Source: Cladosporium halotolerans
Lineage: Eukaryota
Direction of reading: 5' to 3'
Length of the DNA: 64,000 bases
NCBI RefSeq assembly: GCF_011745625.1
Contig: NW_027191479.1
Coordinates: forward strand, 248,001 to 312,000
In this document: positions 47,245 through 59,080 of the stretch, piece by piece
Layout of the letters: every line of letters begins with the position of its first letter
Numbering within the stretch: the first letter of the stretch is position 1
Position numbers and translations under genes: made by a program
The notes under the pieces: generated by a model
Databases searched by the model: none
What the model was told of the DNA's origin: nothing
Seen by the model: only the letters and a program-made list of their open reading frames with translations

Positions 47245-49617
47245 AGTCGGCTATGGTTGAAGGGAAGGGAATTCATGTGTGCTAGTACGGTCAGCAATCC
47301 CCATGTTGGCAATACAAACTAATCCCATCAGATTGTGAACGTGAAGTCATAAGGCACCATTGGCCGAGGTAACGGAGGATGTGGCGGCGATCCTGTTCCC
47401 CACAAATGACATCGCGCCACGGACGTGGGGAACTTGGGGGAAATTGCGGGAGGGAAAGCTTGACGGCACATCTAGAGGTATACCGCTATTGAAATCACAT
47501 AGGTAGATTTAAGCAGGCATTCTATAGAATAAGCTATGTAGAAATCTCGGACAACATCCTAATCCTAGCTTCTCAAAGTGTAAGCGGCCAACCACATGCC
47601 CTCTTTCCGACTAGCCTTGACGATATGTTTTTGCTTGGACGTGTGCGTCGCAAGGAAAATCTGTCAGGATGGCCAATCAACGGATGAATATGTATCCGAA
47701 ACGCAGGCCAAAAGAGCGGCGAGAAAAAATGCTGGCGCCTGTTCAAGCCAAGAAACAGCGAATCTGATAGCTGACAGCGAACTACTCATACCGTTTCTCA
47801 CTCGATCGCTCCTCGAGCAAATGCAGGTTGGCATGCGTGCCAGACCGCATCAGAAGGCGCACGAGGGCGTCTAAGTTACCAGTCATTCGTCGAGAAACCT
47901 ATGATATGTGGTTAGGCTTCTCTACCCCACTGCCAGCCGCGGACCCGGCCAATTTCTTGAGGACCCACAGCGATTGCCGCAAAAGCCTGGAGTCAGTGAG
48001 TGACGTGAAAAATCATTGCGCGCGACGCGTGGTGCGAGTGGCGTTTGCTCAGTCCGAAACCTCATGCTCAAGTGAAGGACGAGGTCCCAATCCGTTTCGC
48101 GGGAGGTTGTGCTCAACCTTTGAGATAGTGAAAGCTGAAACCATGTATTTCAGTGGTTAGGCATGACACGTTGATTAAGCGCGGATGGCATGAGCTTGGC
48201 CGCCTTACTGACTCTGATTGGTGAGGTTCGACAACTGAGCAATTGATCGATGGATCGAGCGAGCGGGCATAGGCTAAGACGTGTTGCCACAGGTCAAATG
48301 AGCAAAATGCTGCTTTGAAGGCGCGGCGCGCGTTCGAACCACGGCGTCGGCACTGCATGCCGCTGACTTGCAGTGTGTTAGTGAAGTTGCCGCCAAAGTC
48401 CAATCCCGCCATACGCCAAATGTGTCGCATCTAAGCATCGCGGCCGGCTTCTGCGGTGGTTTCAAAAACGATAGCTCTCAAGTCAAGAGGAAAACTGTAT
48501 AATGCTCAATGTGATTAGTTGCTCGCTGGCCACTGATTATTGAAGCCCATCCACAGGTGTCCGGTGAAGGCAGTCTGAGTCTGCATGGGGTACGCTTCGA
48601 ATAGTCATATTATCCGCGTAAACGCAGAAGGTCAAGGGGCACACAGAGACTGCTATACTAGCCCACAAATTTACTTCGTTTCAGATCCGTATTTCCTTAT
48701 ATAGAGCGATCTTTCTTTAGTCTGGATCGAGAACTCGAACTTCTGGAGGCGTAACGTCTTGGAAATCAACAAGTGATATTGTAAGTCCTGAGGTCGATTC
48801 GCAATCAGGTAGCATATCGAGGGGGAAAGTATATCCACAAAATACCGCGAGTCAACCTATAGGTAGATGAACGAACACGCCCTAGTGAATTGTATCTCTA
48901 TTTGAGGAATGCATAAAAGAATAAATCTACTACAAAAGCTGCAAAAACCTAGGTCCGGTCTTACCCTAATGCCGTAAGACCTAGGGGAAAGAAGGCTTTT
49001 ACATCTTTCATTAAGAGCTAATTGTCGGACAAACTCCCTGGCAATCTTTCGTCATCCCCTCAGGCAATTTGTCGAGCTCAAACCCCAAGCCATCTACCGC
49101 TTCATGGTGTTTCGTCTACCGCGGCGCAGTAAGGGCGAGGCCTGTTACCACTAGACTAAGCGACCAATAGCGGGATGGAGATGGATGACGACAATGCGCG
49201 TAGCGGGGTTATATTGGTTCACTTGCCGGGTGCGCGACCCACTTTCACGTGACTGCTCGCCAGGCGGCCTCTTCCGTCTGCATGTGACGCGCTTCTGCGG
49301 AAGGCAGGTCATCGAGGCTTCCGTTGGTGCCTCATGGGCGCTGGGGGGCTTACGGTGCCGCTCGATGAAGGCTCCGGAATGACCTTTGACGCTCCTGCCT
49401 GGATATTAGGGCCGAGCTTGATTGGTTTCAGCGAACAACTCAGCAGGTATTCGACAGTACAGGGCGCTTCCATAGACTGGCTTGTGAACCATGAGAATCC
49501 ACGTGCAAGTAAGCCTGACGTTTCGCTAGACCGGGATCGCAGCCATATTGGAGCATTCAGCCCTGCGCGGACAAAGCGGAAGTCTCTCCCAAGGGCTTCA
49601 GACACGGCAAGCCGGCT

Positions 49618-50720
49618 TCAAGCTCCTCCCCAGCACCACTGAAGCCACAGCAACCAGGGCGCCGGTATGGCTCTTGAAAGGCCCTCGAGCGCACGCGCGC
49701 CGAAGTCCCGGACGCACCACATGTCGCTCAAAGCCGACCATAGAATCATCCACTGCGCCTTGATGACCACCGCCACAGGGTGGTGCGAGCGCAGGGCGGT
49801 GACGACCTCCGGTGGGACTTGGACAGCGAAGCAAAATAGATAACGAGCCACGAGTAGCTGGGAGTTGAAGGCGCGCAACGCAATCTGGCGTACACGTCGG
49901 CTAGGGTGGGTCGAGCGCCTGAGCAGCCAACGAGCAGTGCGGGCTCGCCATCGCAGGAGCCAGGCAGAAAACGGTTGCTTAGCTGCTCGAATCGGCGTGC
50001 TACGTTCTTGAATAGACGTACGCTGTCGTCGGGTCCGTGGCGGGACAGGAGCGCCGCTAGGGGGCCTTGCTGGATCCAACTGTGGCCTTGAAAGTTGACG
50101 TCCCGCATTCCTCGAGCCAGGATCAAGACTGGGATGAGGTCTTCGACGTCGTGACATTGAGATGGGTTGCGGGAGCTACCGTCTTTCACGATAGCCAAGC
50201 GAGTGAGGGCGCTCGTGGAAGTGAGGATTGCCAGCGTGAACGTGGCGGTGGCGTTGCCGGGTCAATTGTGTAGGATTTCGTCGCGGAAGCGCGCCAACGC
50301 CTTGCCCTAATGACTGTCGTAAGCCATCAAGTACTCGGGTGCGCGGATTTGCTTGCGCTATGCGAATTGCAGGATTGAGAAGCCCAGCATGCCATGCATG
50401 ACGAAGCGGTGCTCCATGGCGATGGCTGGAAAGACTTTGGGCCACAGCTTGTCGACGCCGGCTACGTCGACCGGTCCAAAAGCGACTCCAGCGCGGGTGC
50501 AATGATGCATCAATGCGAGATCCTGGAGCCAAGACGGGTCGCTGGGGTCGGCGTGGGGAGAAGGACCTGATGAGCAGATTTGGTGGGGGCTGTAGTGATG
50601 TGCGGACGATGATGGCAGGAGATTGCATTGCTCCTTGCGTCGCACGCATCTTGTGAAGGGTGTCTTCTCGTCATTTTTGACGCGGATGAGTATACTGAGA
50701 TCAGTACGGGTCCTCGCAAA
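49618..50720 (-). pseudogene. Degenerate Upc2-like Zn2Cys6 transcription factor
   Basis: Eroded cluster VKNDEKTPFTRCVRRKEQC, LQDLALMHH, FPAIAMEHRFVMHGMLGFS, H*GKALARFR and a C-terminal HPVAVVI..QW...W..W region; in-frame stops (e.g. 50358-50360) and frame changes. Confidence 0.65.
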
Positions 50721-51849
50721 GGCTGCTACTCAGCGCACTGTGGTAACTACCGGGTCTTGCACTGAAAGCAACTTTCGCGCGAGTTAGTGCCGCTGGCGAT
50801 GATTCCACGGCCCACCATCGGCGCAAAAGCTGCCGATATGTGATGCCGATTTCCAAAAGCAGGACTCGAGAGTTCAGCCTCTGGTACAAGTATGCAGGCA
50901 CTGCAGGGCTGAACTGAGCGTGCAGCAGTTCAGCGAGGTGGCGACCAAGTTGCAGTTGCCAAGGATTCTAAGCATTGGGAACCCTAAACTGCATCCTAAT
51001 CTAGTCCTAATAAAGACGAAGTAGGAAGGTTATCCCCAGGCTTTTCGCAGCGCCTTTAGTCAGCTTCGATGCCTCGAGCGGAATGCCTACACAAGGGAGA
51101 AGGCATATCGGTGAAGCCTCGCGCAAGCCGAGAGTTGCGTATGGAAAGAGCGGGCAGAAACAAGCTGACACTGCTCGAGCGCCAAAACACACTGCGGAAA
51201 GGCCGGCGTGCGACTAATCATGCGACGGGGTACGGACGGTTGAGCATGCCATCAACGACGCACGGCAACCGGAAGTTGTCCGTCGCCCTGCTAACCTTAA
51301 CCTTAAAGCACTGCTAAGCAGCTCCTTCAAAAGTCAGCCTGCGAATGTTGCGACGCTCACCGTGCGTGAATACATGTGTGTGCCGAATCCTCTGAAGCGG
51401 GTTGATGTCATTCGGAACAGGCCTATCGAAACTATGTCCATCCTTCTTGCTTCTTGCGTCTACCTGGACTATCCTAACTTTCTCTCCGCTCCCAGCAAGC
51501 CGGACAAGGTTCGTGGTGCAGCAATCGATTGGTCAGCCTCGGATGGCGAGGTGGCCACTGTCGCCGAGAGCGAATGCTCGTTGAGATCGCGCCGTACAAT
51601 ACGCACAGATGGATTGATCGTCTGATTAAGCAGACGTGTTTTCGCGTGCCGAGTGTGTGCCTGTTTGACTGTGTCGCTGACGGAAGCTGAGGTTTAACTT
51701 CGTCTGAATGAAGGAGAGGACGAGCTGTGCGCCGGTATGTATACATTGATGTGCGACAGCAAGTTGCAGGGGACATCAACGTCCCAATTCGTACCTGCAT
51801 GACAGCCCTCAGCTCACATATCATTCATCCAAAATCCCACCAGCACACC

Positions 51850-52984
51850 ATGTCTACTACCAAACCCCTCAAAATCGTCCTAGGCACCGTCAGCATCGGC
51901 GACAAAGTAACCGGCCCTGAAGTCCCCGCCTTCCTCGGAGAGTTCCAGCAGCACGGTCATGTCGAAATCGACACCGCCGCAGCTTACCCTCCCGGCAAGC
52001 CCGGTGTCACCGAGCGCGTCCTTGGAGAGCAATCTGGCTTATCCAACTGGGCGCAAATTAGCGCCAAACTCATGGGCTTTGGCGAGGCACCCAACTCGAC
52101 TGAGAAAGTCCGTGAAGGCATCGAGGCCAGCCGGGAGAGGCTGAACGGGGCGGACTTCGATCTCTACTACTTCCATCTGCCGGATAAAGACACGCCAATG
52201 GAAGAGCAGGCCGCCGCCATGGACGAAGCTTGCAAGGCTGGCAATTTCAAGAGGTTTGGCATCAGCAATTTCTCGCCCGTTCAGGTCAAGGAGCTCCTGG
52301 AAGTCGCGGAGAGGAAAGGTCGGTCGACTCTAGGTGGTCCAATGGTCCAAGGTGATACGCTGACGGGCATAGGCTATGTGAAGCCGAGCGTGCTGCAAGT
52401 GCAATACAACTTGTTCAGCAGAAGAGGCGATGAAGACCTACTCCCTCTGTTGCGCAAGCATGGCATGTCTCTGTATGCCTACTCGTAAGTCGGTTCAAAG
52501 ATTTCGCACTGCAAACTATGCTGACTCAGGAACTAAAGCCCAGCGGCGGCTGGAATGCTGAGTGGAAAGGTCAACCGCGACGTCGCGGACGACACCGAGA
52601 GTCGCTGGTCCAAAGAAAGCTTCGGAGGCCAGCTATATGTGGCGCGTAGGTTGTCACTGTTGCTATGATTGCTCCAAAAACGATGCTGACAAGCTCGACG
52701 AAGACTACCACAACGATCCAATCTTCGATGCCTCAAGGGCTATTCGCGAAGTAGCCGCGAAGCATGACATCAAGGGCCATGCGGCCGGTATTAGATGGGT
52801 GGTCTATCATTCGCCATTGTCCAATGAGCACGGCGACGCTGCCATTCTTGGCGCCAGCAGCGTCGAGCAGCTGAAGGAGAACTTGGAGGCTGTTGATGCG
52901 GGACGCTTGCCCGATGAAGTCGTCAAGACGATTGAGGATGTTTGGCCGACGGTGAAAGAAGTTGCCCCGTGGAGTTGGTTGTAG
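51850..52984 (+). CDS. Aldo-keto reductase (aflatoxin aldehyde reductase/AKR7-like); 3 introns
   Basis: IVLGT, EIDTAAAYP, DLYYFHLPD, FKRFGISNF, QYNL, YAYS|PAAAGML, RWVVYHSPL...GDAAILGASSVEQL; intron phases are consistent. Confidence 0.9.
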
Positions 52985-53029
52985 ATCAAGTAGCCAATCA
53001 GGAATGTTACAAGCGGTTCTGCACAAGAA

Positions 53030-53726
53030 CTAAGAAGAAGGAAGCAATCTCGAACGCTCGGTGATCTCCTCCTGTTCACTGCGACTCGCCAAGCTTTTGC
53101 GATGGAACAGTTTGCGAAACGTCGCAGTCCAGGAAGGCCGTGCCCACGGCTTCCCCTTCCTGCTGCCATCATCGGAGATCTCTACGTCCCAGCCTTGCGC
53201 GGAGCCAGTACCATACGTCCGGTTTAGGGCTCGAATGCACAGTATGATCGCGTAGAAGAGAAATAGGGCAAAAATCGTTCCGACAACCGTCACAATTACG
53301 CTGAGTAAGGTCGCGGTCGAGCATCCGCAGCCAAGGGCCCTAGTGCGCAATTCGAAACGCTCCTGTCCAAGCGGGCAAGCACCGGGCTTGAACACCGGGT
53401 CCAGGAGACTGGAGGCGGGCACGCAAGTGGCGCTCTGTCCAGCGCGGTCAGCCGAGATAAGCATTGGGAGTGAACAGGGCTGGACGCTGGTGTTGGATGT
53501 CCATGAGGGATATGAGGTCGTCGGGGGCGTGGCGGAGATGCGCAGATGGAGGGTGCGTCGTATGTGAAGACCGGCAGAAGCGCACACAAAAAGGTATCGA
53601 TGAACCTACCTGGCTACACCAACCGCAGCCGTGATGGCTCCTCACGCAGGAACTGCAGTTCTGCTCCCTCCAGCATGCCTCCAAGCGAGACTGCTGCACG
53701 TGGCTGGCGGGCCGCGCGGTGGCCAT
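53030..53726 (-). CDS. Small membrane protein with PSI/plexin-repeat-like Cys cluster; one intron ~53609-53435
   Basis: CWREQNCSSCV..HHGCGWC|SATCVP...CP..QERFELRTRALGCGCST followed by a TM helix. Confidence 0.7.
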
Positions 53727-54415
53727 GACGGTGAGACTCGACGGTGGAGAGGTGGTAGCAGCAGAGTATAGCGCAGTTAAGCGGCGGCCCATGCGAACAG
53801 AGGCACGAGAGGGTGCCAGATGCGGATGGAGCAGCGGCGTCAACGGGCAGTCAACGGCGTGGAGGTGGTCAGCACGGTCAGGAAGAGGGAGCACCTGGCA
53901 GCCTGAGGCGCAGGAGATGCCTGGACGTCGCCTCGCGCGACCGGGGTGCGGCGTGGCTGAGACAGGGCGGGGTTCCCTTGGTCGTTGCGGCCGTCGCCCG
54001 GGCGTCGCAGCTTCGCTCGCTTGGAAGCTTGGCACGCCGCCTGGCCGCGTTCCCCAAATACCACCGAGCCCGACCTCATCTATCTGAGTATTGCTGCGCT
54101 CGGCACCACCACGCAGCCTGCCGCATCCATGCCGTCCCTCCCCGTAGCACGTCGCAGGTATGCGTCGACCGCGCACCCTACCTATCGCGGTGGGTCAGCG
54201 AAAACTCAAGCCCGCCCGTTGCTTCACGGACGGCACGGTGCAACCGCTGAGACATGAGACTTATATACGCCCGCCGGCTCGTTGCTCTGCACAGTGAGAC
54301 TACAACGCTTTCCATTCTTTCCTTTTGGTATATCAGCTCTTTGACAGAGCGTCCATTCGCTCCTTCGGTTCTTCGTCTATCATTCTCTGCATAGAAATCC
54401 TCCCGGCGAGGCATC

Positions 54416-57311
54416 ATGCAGTTCATTACTCTTCTCCCAGCTCTTTCCCTCCTTTCTGGAGCCTTGGCTCAATCCGCCTACACCGACGACAATGACATCG
54501 AATACACCAACGCCTACACCGACGACAATGACATCGAATACACCAACATGAAGCTCTCCACCGATGTGGGCAGCGGAGCCGGCGAGTTTGGCATTGCGCT
54601 GCCGCCCGCGGATGCCGACGACTTCAGCGATGAATACATCGGACGCATGGTCGTTCCCATCCCGAAGCCCGGCACCTGGTTTGGTCTCACACACCTGGCT
54701 GGAATGACCGGCAGCGTCATCCTCCTGGCATGGCCCAACGGGGAGGATGTCATGACCAGCTTCCGCTACGCAACCGGCTACTCGTCTCCCGCTCCCTACA
54801 CCGGAAATGCCACCCTCGGCCAGATCTCCAGCTCCGTTAACGACACTCACTTCGAGCTTACCTACCGCTGCGAGCACTGTTTTGTTTGGAGCCAGGATGG
54901 AACTGACGGAAGCCAGATCCCTAGCACAAAGGCCAACGCCAGGCAGGTCTTTGGTTGGGCGCAGGGAGCAGAGGCGCCTTCCGATCCTACCGATCCGGAC
55001 AGCGCTATTGCTCAGCACGCGACCGCCAACATGCTCGCGCTGGGCATCGAGTCGGCCCGTAACGCTGCCTACTCTGACTGGACGGCCCTTGCCACAGCCA
55101 CTGAGGACCCTGCCCCCACCGGCACCTCCGGCGGAAACGGCACCACCAGCGCCGCTCCCACCGCGGTTGCCTGCCCGGACACCAACAAGAACGCCAACCA
55201 AACTTACGACTACATCATCGTTGGCTCCGGAGCTGGCGGTATCCCCGCCGCCGCTAAGCTCGCCGAGTCTGGTAAGAAAGTCCTCCTGATCGAGCGTGGC
55301 CCTGCTTCTTCTGGCCGTTGGGGCGGCACCATGAAGCCCGACTGGCTCGTTGACACTAACCTCACCCGCTTTGACGTCCCCGGTCTTGACAATGAGATTC
55401 ATGTCAACTCCGAGGGAATTGCTTGCACTGACTACTCCGTCATGGCTGGATGCGTTCTTGGTGGTGGCACTGCCATCAACGCCGGCCTCTGGTGGAACCC
55501 CACTCCCCTTGACTTTGACGAGAACTTCCCCGCAGGATGGAAATACGAAGACATGGAGCCCGCGATCGGCCGCGTGTTCGACAAGATCCCGTTCAACGAT
55601 CGCCCGTCGATGGATGGCAAACTGTACAAGCCCCAGGGTTACAACATTGTTGGTACGTATCAGTACTGAGCATTCGTGACACATCACAGACTAATCCAAA
55701 CTTACAGCTGGCGCACTCGAGGCTGCTGGTTGGAAGAACGTCTCCGCCGGCCTTCAACCCGCTGAGAAGAACCTGTCTTACTCCCACCCGAACCACATGT
55801 TCTCTCACGGCGAGCGTGGTGGTCCAATGGCTACTTACCTCGTGGATGCCAAGGACCTCCCCAACTTCACACTCATGGTCAACACTACTGTCAACCGTGT
55901 CATCCGTGATGGCAGTGCTGCTACCGGTGTCGAAGTCGAGGCTTTCCTCCCTGGTGGCCAGTGCGGCAACATCAACCTGGCCACTGGTGGCAAGGTCATC
56001 CTTTCTGCTGGCGCCTTCGGATCTCCCAAGATTCTCTTCCGCTCTGGCATCGGTCCCCAGGATCAGCTCGAGATCGTGAAGGAGGCCGAGGGCGATGCCA
56101 TGGTCGACGAGGCACAATGGCTCGACCTTCCAGTTGGCAAGAACCTTGACGACCACGCAAACACCGAGATCGTCATCACCCACCCCAACGTCGAGTTCTA
56201 CGACTTCTACGCCGCCTACGATGACCCCATTCCTTCGGACGAGCAGAAGTACGTCGACCAGCGCTCTGGTATCCTCGCACAGTCTGCTCCCAACCTTGCC
56301 GCAGTCTTCTGGCACGACCAGGTTGGCCCGGATGGCATCACTCGTACCAGCCAATGGACCGCTCGCGTTGAGAGCAGCCACGGCATCAAGAGCAACAAGT
56401 CTATCAGCTTGTCCCACTACCTTGGTCGCGGTAAGACCTCTCGTGGCCGCACCACCATCACTAGCGGCCTCAACATGGTCGTTTCCGACACTCCTTACGT
56501 CAACAACGAGAACGATCTTGCCGCCACCAAGGACGCCTTCCGCACCGTCATTGCCGCCCTGTCCGCCGACAAGCAGATCGATGTCGTCGTTCCCAGCAAG
56601 AACACAACCCTTGATGACTACCTGGCCGACTACTCCCAGACCACCGGTGGCCGCACCGCTAACCACTGGATGGGCTCTTGCAAGATGGGTACCGACTCTG
56701 GTCTCAAGAACGGTACCGCCGTCGTCGACACCGACACCAAGGTCTACGGCATGGACAACCTCTTCGTTGTTGATGCTTCCATCTTCCCCGGAATGATCAC
56801 CACCAACCCCAGTGCCCTCATCGTTTCCGTCGCCGAGCATGCCGTCGAGAAGATCATGGCTGTCAGTGGCGGGAATGGTACCGGAGCTGCCATCGAGGAA
56901 TCGGCCGCTGGCGCAAACGCCACGTCCACTGCTAGCCCCAAGGCCCCCCTCAACACCGCTCCCGCCGCCACGAGCACTCTCACAGCCGAATCCACCGCTC
57001 CGGCGGGCAACGCAACTTCCGCAGCCGCCACCGGCAGCAACGCCAGCAGCACCGCCAGCAGCACCGCAGTAGTCTCCAGCCCCGCTGACAACTCGTCTGC
57101 CCCTGCCAACTCTTCCGCCGCTCCCGCTACCACATCCCTTGCCGCCGACGCCGCTGCTCCCACCGCTTCTAGCGCGAGCGGCAGCGGTCAGGCCGCCAAG
57201 ATGTGGCAGCAGTGCGGTGGAAACCAGTACGATGGCCCCGCCACGTGCGAGCAGGGCGCGACTTGCAAGAAGTGGAGCGACTACTACTCGCAGTGCGTGA
57301 AGGCGGAGTAA
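54416..57311 (+). CDS. cdh: Cellobiose dehydrogenase (AA8 cytochrome + AA3_1 flavodehydrogenase + C-terminal CBM1); intron ~55653-55708
   Basis: Signal peptide; heme ligands Met (LAGMTGS) and His (IAQH); FAD motif YDYIIVGSGAGG; catalytic ANHWMG and TTNP; CBM1 WQQCGGNQYDGPATC...YYSQC. Confidence 0.95.
54475..54547 (+). repeat. Perfect 36-nt tandem duplication inside cdh (AYTDDNDIEYTN x2)
   Basis: cgcctacaccgacgacaatgacatcgaatacaccaa at 54475-54510 and 54511-54546. Confidence 0.97.
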
Positions 57312-57765
57312 TCCGCTTTCGCTGCTGTTGTTGATGAGCTTGCGTTGTTATTTACTTTCTTGGTTGGTTGGCTTTCTCGCGCCAACCGATACCGACTCTT
57401 CATTTTGGATTCTACCCTGTGACAGTACTTTTAGCGGAGCGCTTTATACCTTTTGTTGTTGGTTGACTTTTGAGGAGGTGAGACGTGGCTGGGCGGGCTT
57501 CTGATAGAGCCGCTGCCAGATTTGGGAGGAAACGGGATTGATACATACTCATCGCTTTATGTATGTTTTCGAAATATGACATCCTCGACCCCATCTTTAC
57601 TTCACTTGTTTCAATATTATCATTTCTCCTGATCGTAACGTTCTTCTCATCAAATCCGTATTTTCCAAGATTATCGTACGTACATGGCTTCGTGCAGTAA
57701 ATACATAACACACCGCTTCACCTTTCGCTCCTCACATCATCTTCACTTCAAAATATCAAACCGCC

Positions 57766-59080
57766 CTACTCCTTCCCCAATCCCCTCAAAACCTCAACAG
57801 CATCCTCCAGCTCCTCCTCATAGACGATAACATGCCCGGCCCTCGCGGTGCTCAAATAGCTCATCTCGAAACCAGGCGCTCCGCCCATCCCGATTTTTCC
57901 TTTCATCCCTCCTACCAACCCCGCTGCGACGCCGCACACGATGCCGGTACTTTGCAGAGGGAGCTGGGATAAGTCAAGCGTGATGGGAACTTGCACGGGC
58001 CCTTCCTTTCCCAGGAGCACGGTGTCGGGGAAGATTGGGAGGAGACTGCTTTCCAGCGTCAGGGATGGGGAGTCGGTTGCTGTGAGAGTCAAGGAGAGGA
58101 CAGTCGGGGGAGCAGAGGGAGAGGTGAGAGTTGTTAGGAGGGCGTGCTGGAGGATTGACTGCGTGGGCTCCGAAGAGGGCGTGCTGTCTTTTATGCCCGC
58201 GCAAGTCACTAGCTGGATGTCAGGGTCGACGTGTGGTGTAATGGAATGGGTTTTGAGGAGGGCAAAAGTGCGGAGTTGCAGTTCTGAGACGGTTGCTGGA
58301 GGCGGGGTGCTTGGTGGTTGGGGCGGGAAGTCGAAAGAGGACATAGAAGAGCCATTTCGGTGGTTTGGGTGCAGCAGCGGCGATGCTGGGTTCGTCATGG
58401 TGCTGGCACCAAAGCCGTTGGGGTCTTCGGAGTCGGATTCAAAGAGGAAGCCGCGGTCTTCAAGGGCGTGGATGACAGTTGCGCGAGCTTTGAGGGGGAC
58501 CAAGATGAAGTCAGACCAGTAGCTCGTGATGAAGAATATGGGTCTGTACGGGATGTCAGCAGAGGTGATACCCTGGACACGTTGGGCACACTCACATTTT
58601 CGCAAGAGCCAGAGGGCTGCTGAGGTCGAGCACTCTTTGCCCAGCGTCGAGGCCCTCTCCGCCGATGACGATCGCGGAGTAGTCGTCCCTGCTTACCGTG
58701 ACGCTCTTTTGGAGGTCCGGTCTCAGGCCTGCTATTACAGGCATGAAGAGATCGTCTGCTTGATCTCGCGGGCACGCGATTGAGCACTCGTCGTGTGCGA
58801 TGGAGATGTTTACGAGAGGATGCCAATACTCCCAAGGCTTTTTGGGCTCTATAGGGTCGCCTTCGGCGTCGAGGTTCGTGTTGTGAAGGAGGAGTTGTGC
58901 GATTGGTTGGAGGAAGTGGGAATATGCAGACATCGGGATGTGGATCAAAGCAATGTGAGTGTCCTATTGTATGGTCAATGACGGAGATCAGTATGCTGGA
59001 GGGACGACGGTGCGCACGAGAAAGCTGATCTGGGCGTTGAGTAGAGTCTGCGACTCGGCCATCATCATTGGGGAGTCCAT
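57766..59080 (-). CDS. CASTOR/GATS-like ACT-domain protein; 2 introns (~59017-58964, ~58597-58545)
   Basis: Spliced NAQISFL|DTHIALIHIP, NISIAHDECSIACP, GQRVLDLSSPLALAKI|PIFFITSYWSDFILVP, STGIVCGVA, MSYLSTARAGHVIV. Confidence 0.75.

Noticed and set aside
47300..49100. Gene-poor, more AT-rich interval as a possible RIP-degraded transposon
   Set aside because: No transposase or RT motifs, terminal repeats or target-site duplication visible; a repeat-library search would be needed.
53727..54415. XlnR-like (GGCTGA at 53955) and CreA-like (SYGGRG) sites upstream of cdh
   Set aside because: Hexamers are too frequent in GC-rich DNA to call without conservation data.
54475..54547. 36-nt direct repeat resembling a CRISPR repeat in length
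   Set aside because: Two abutting copies without a spacer, inside a eukaryotic CDS; no cas genes.
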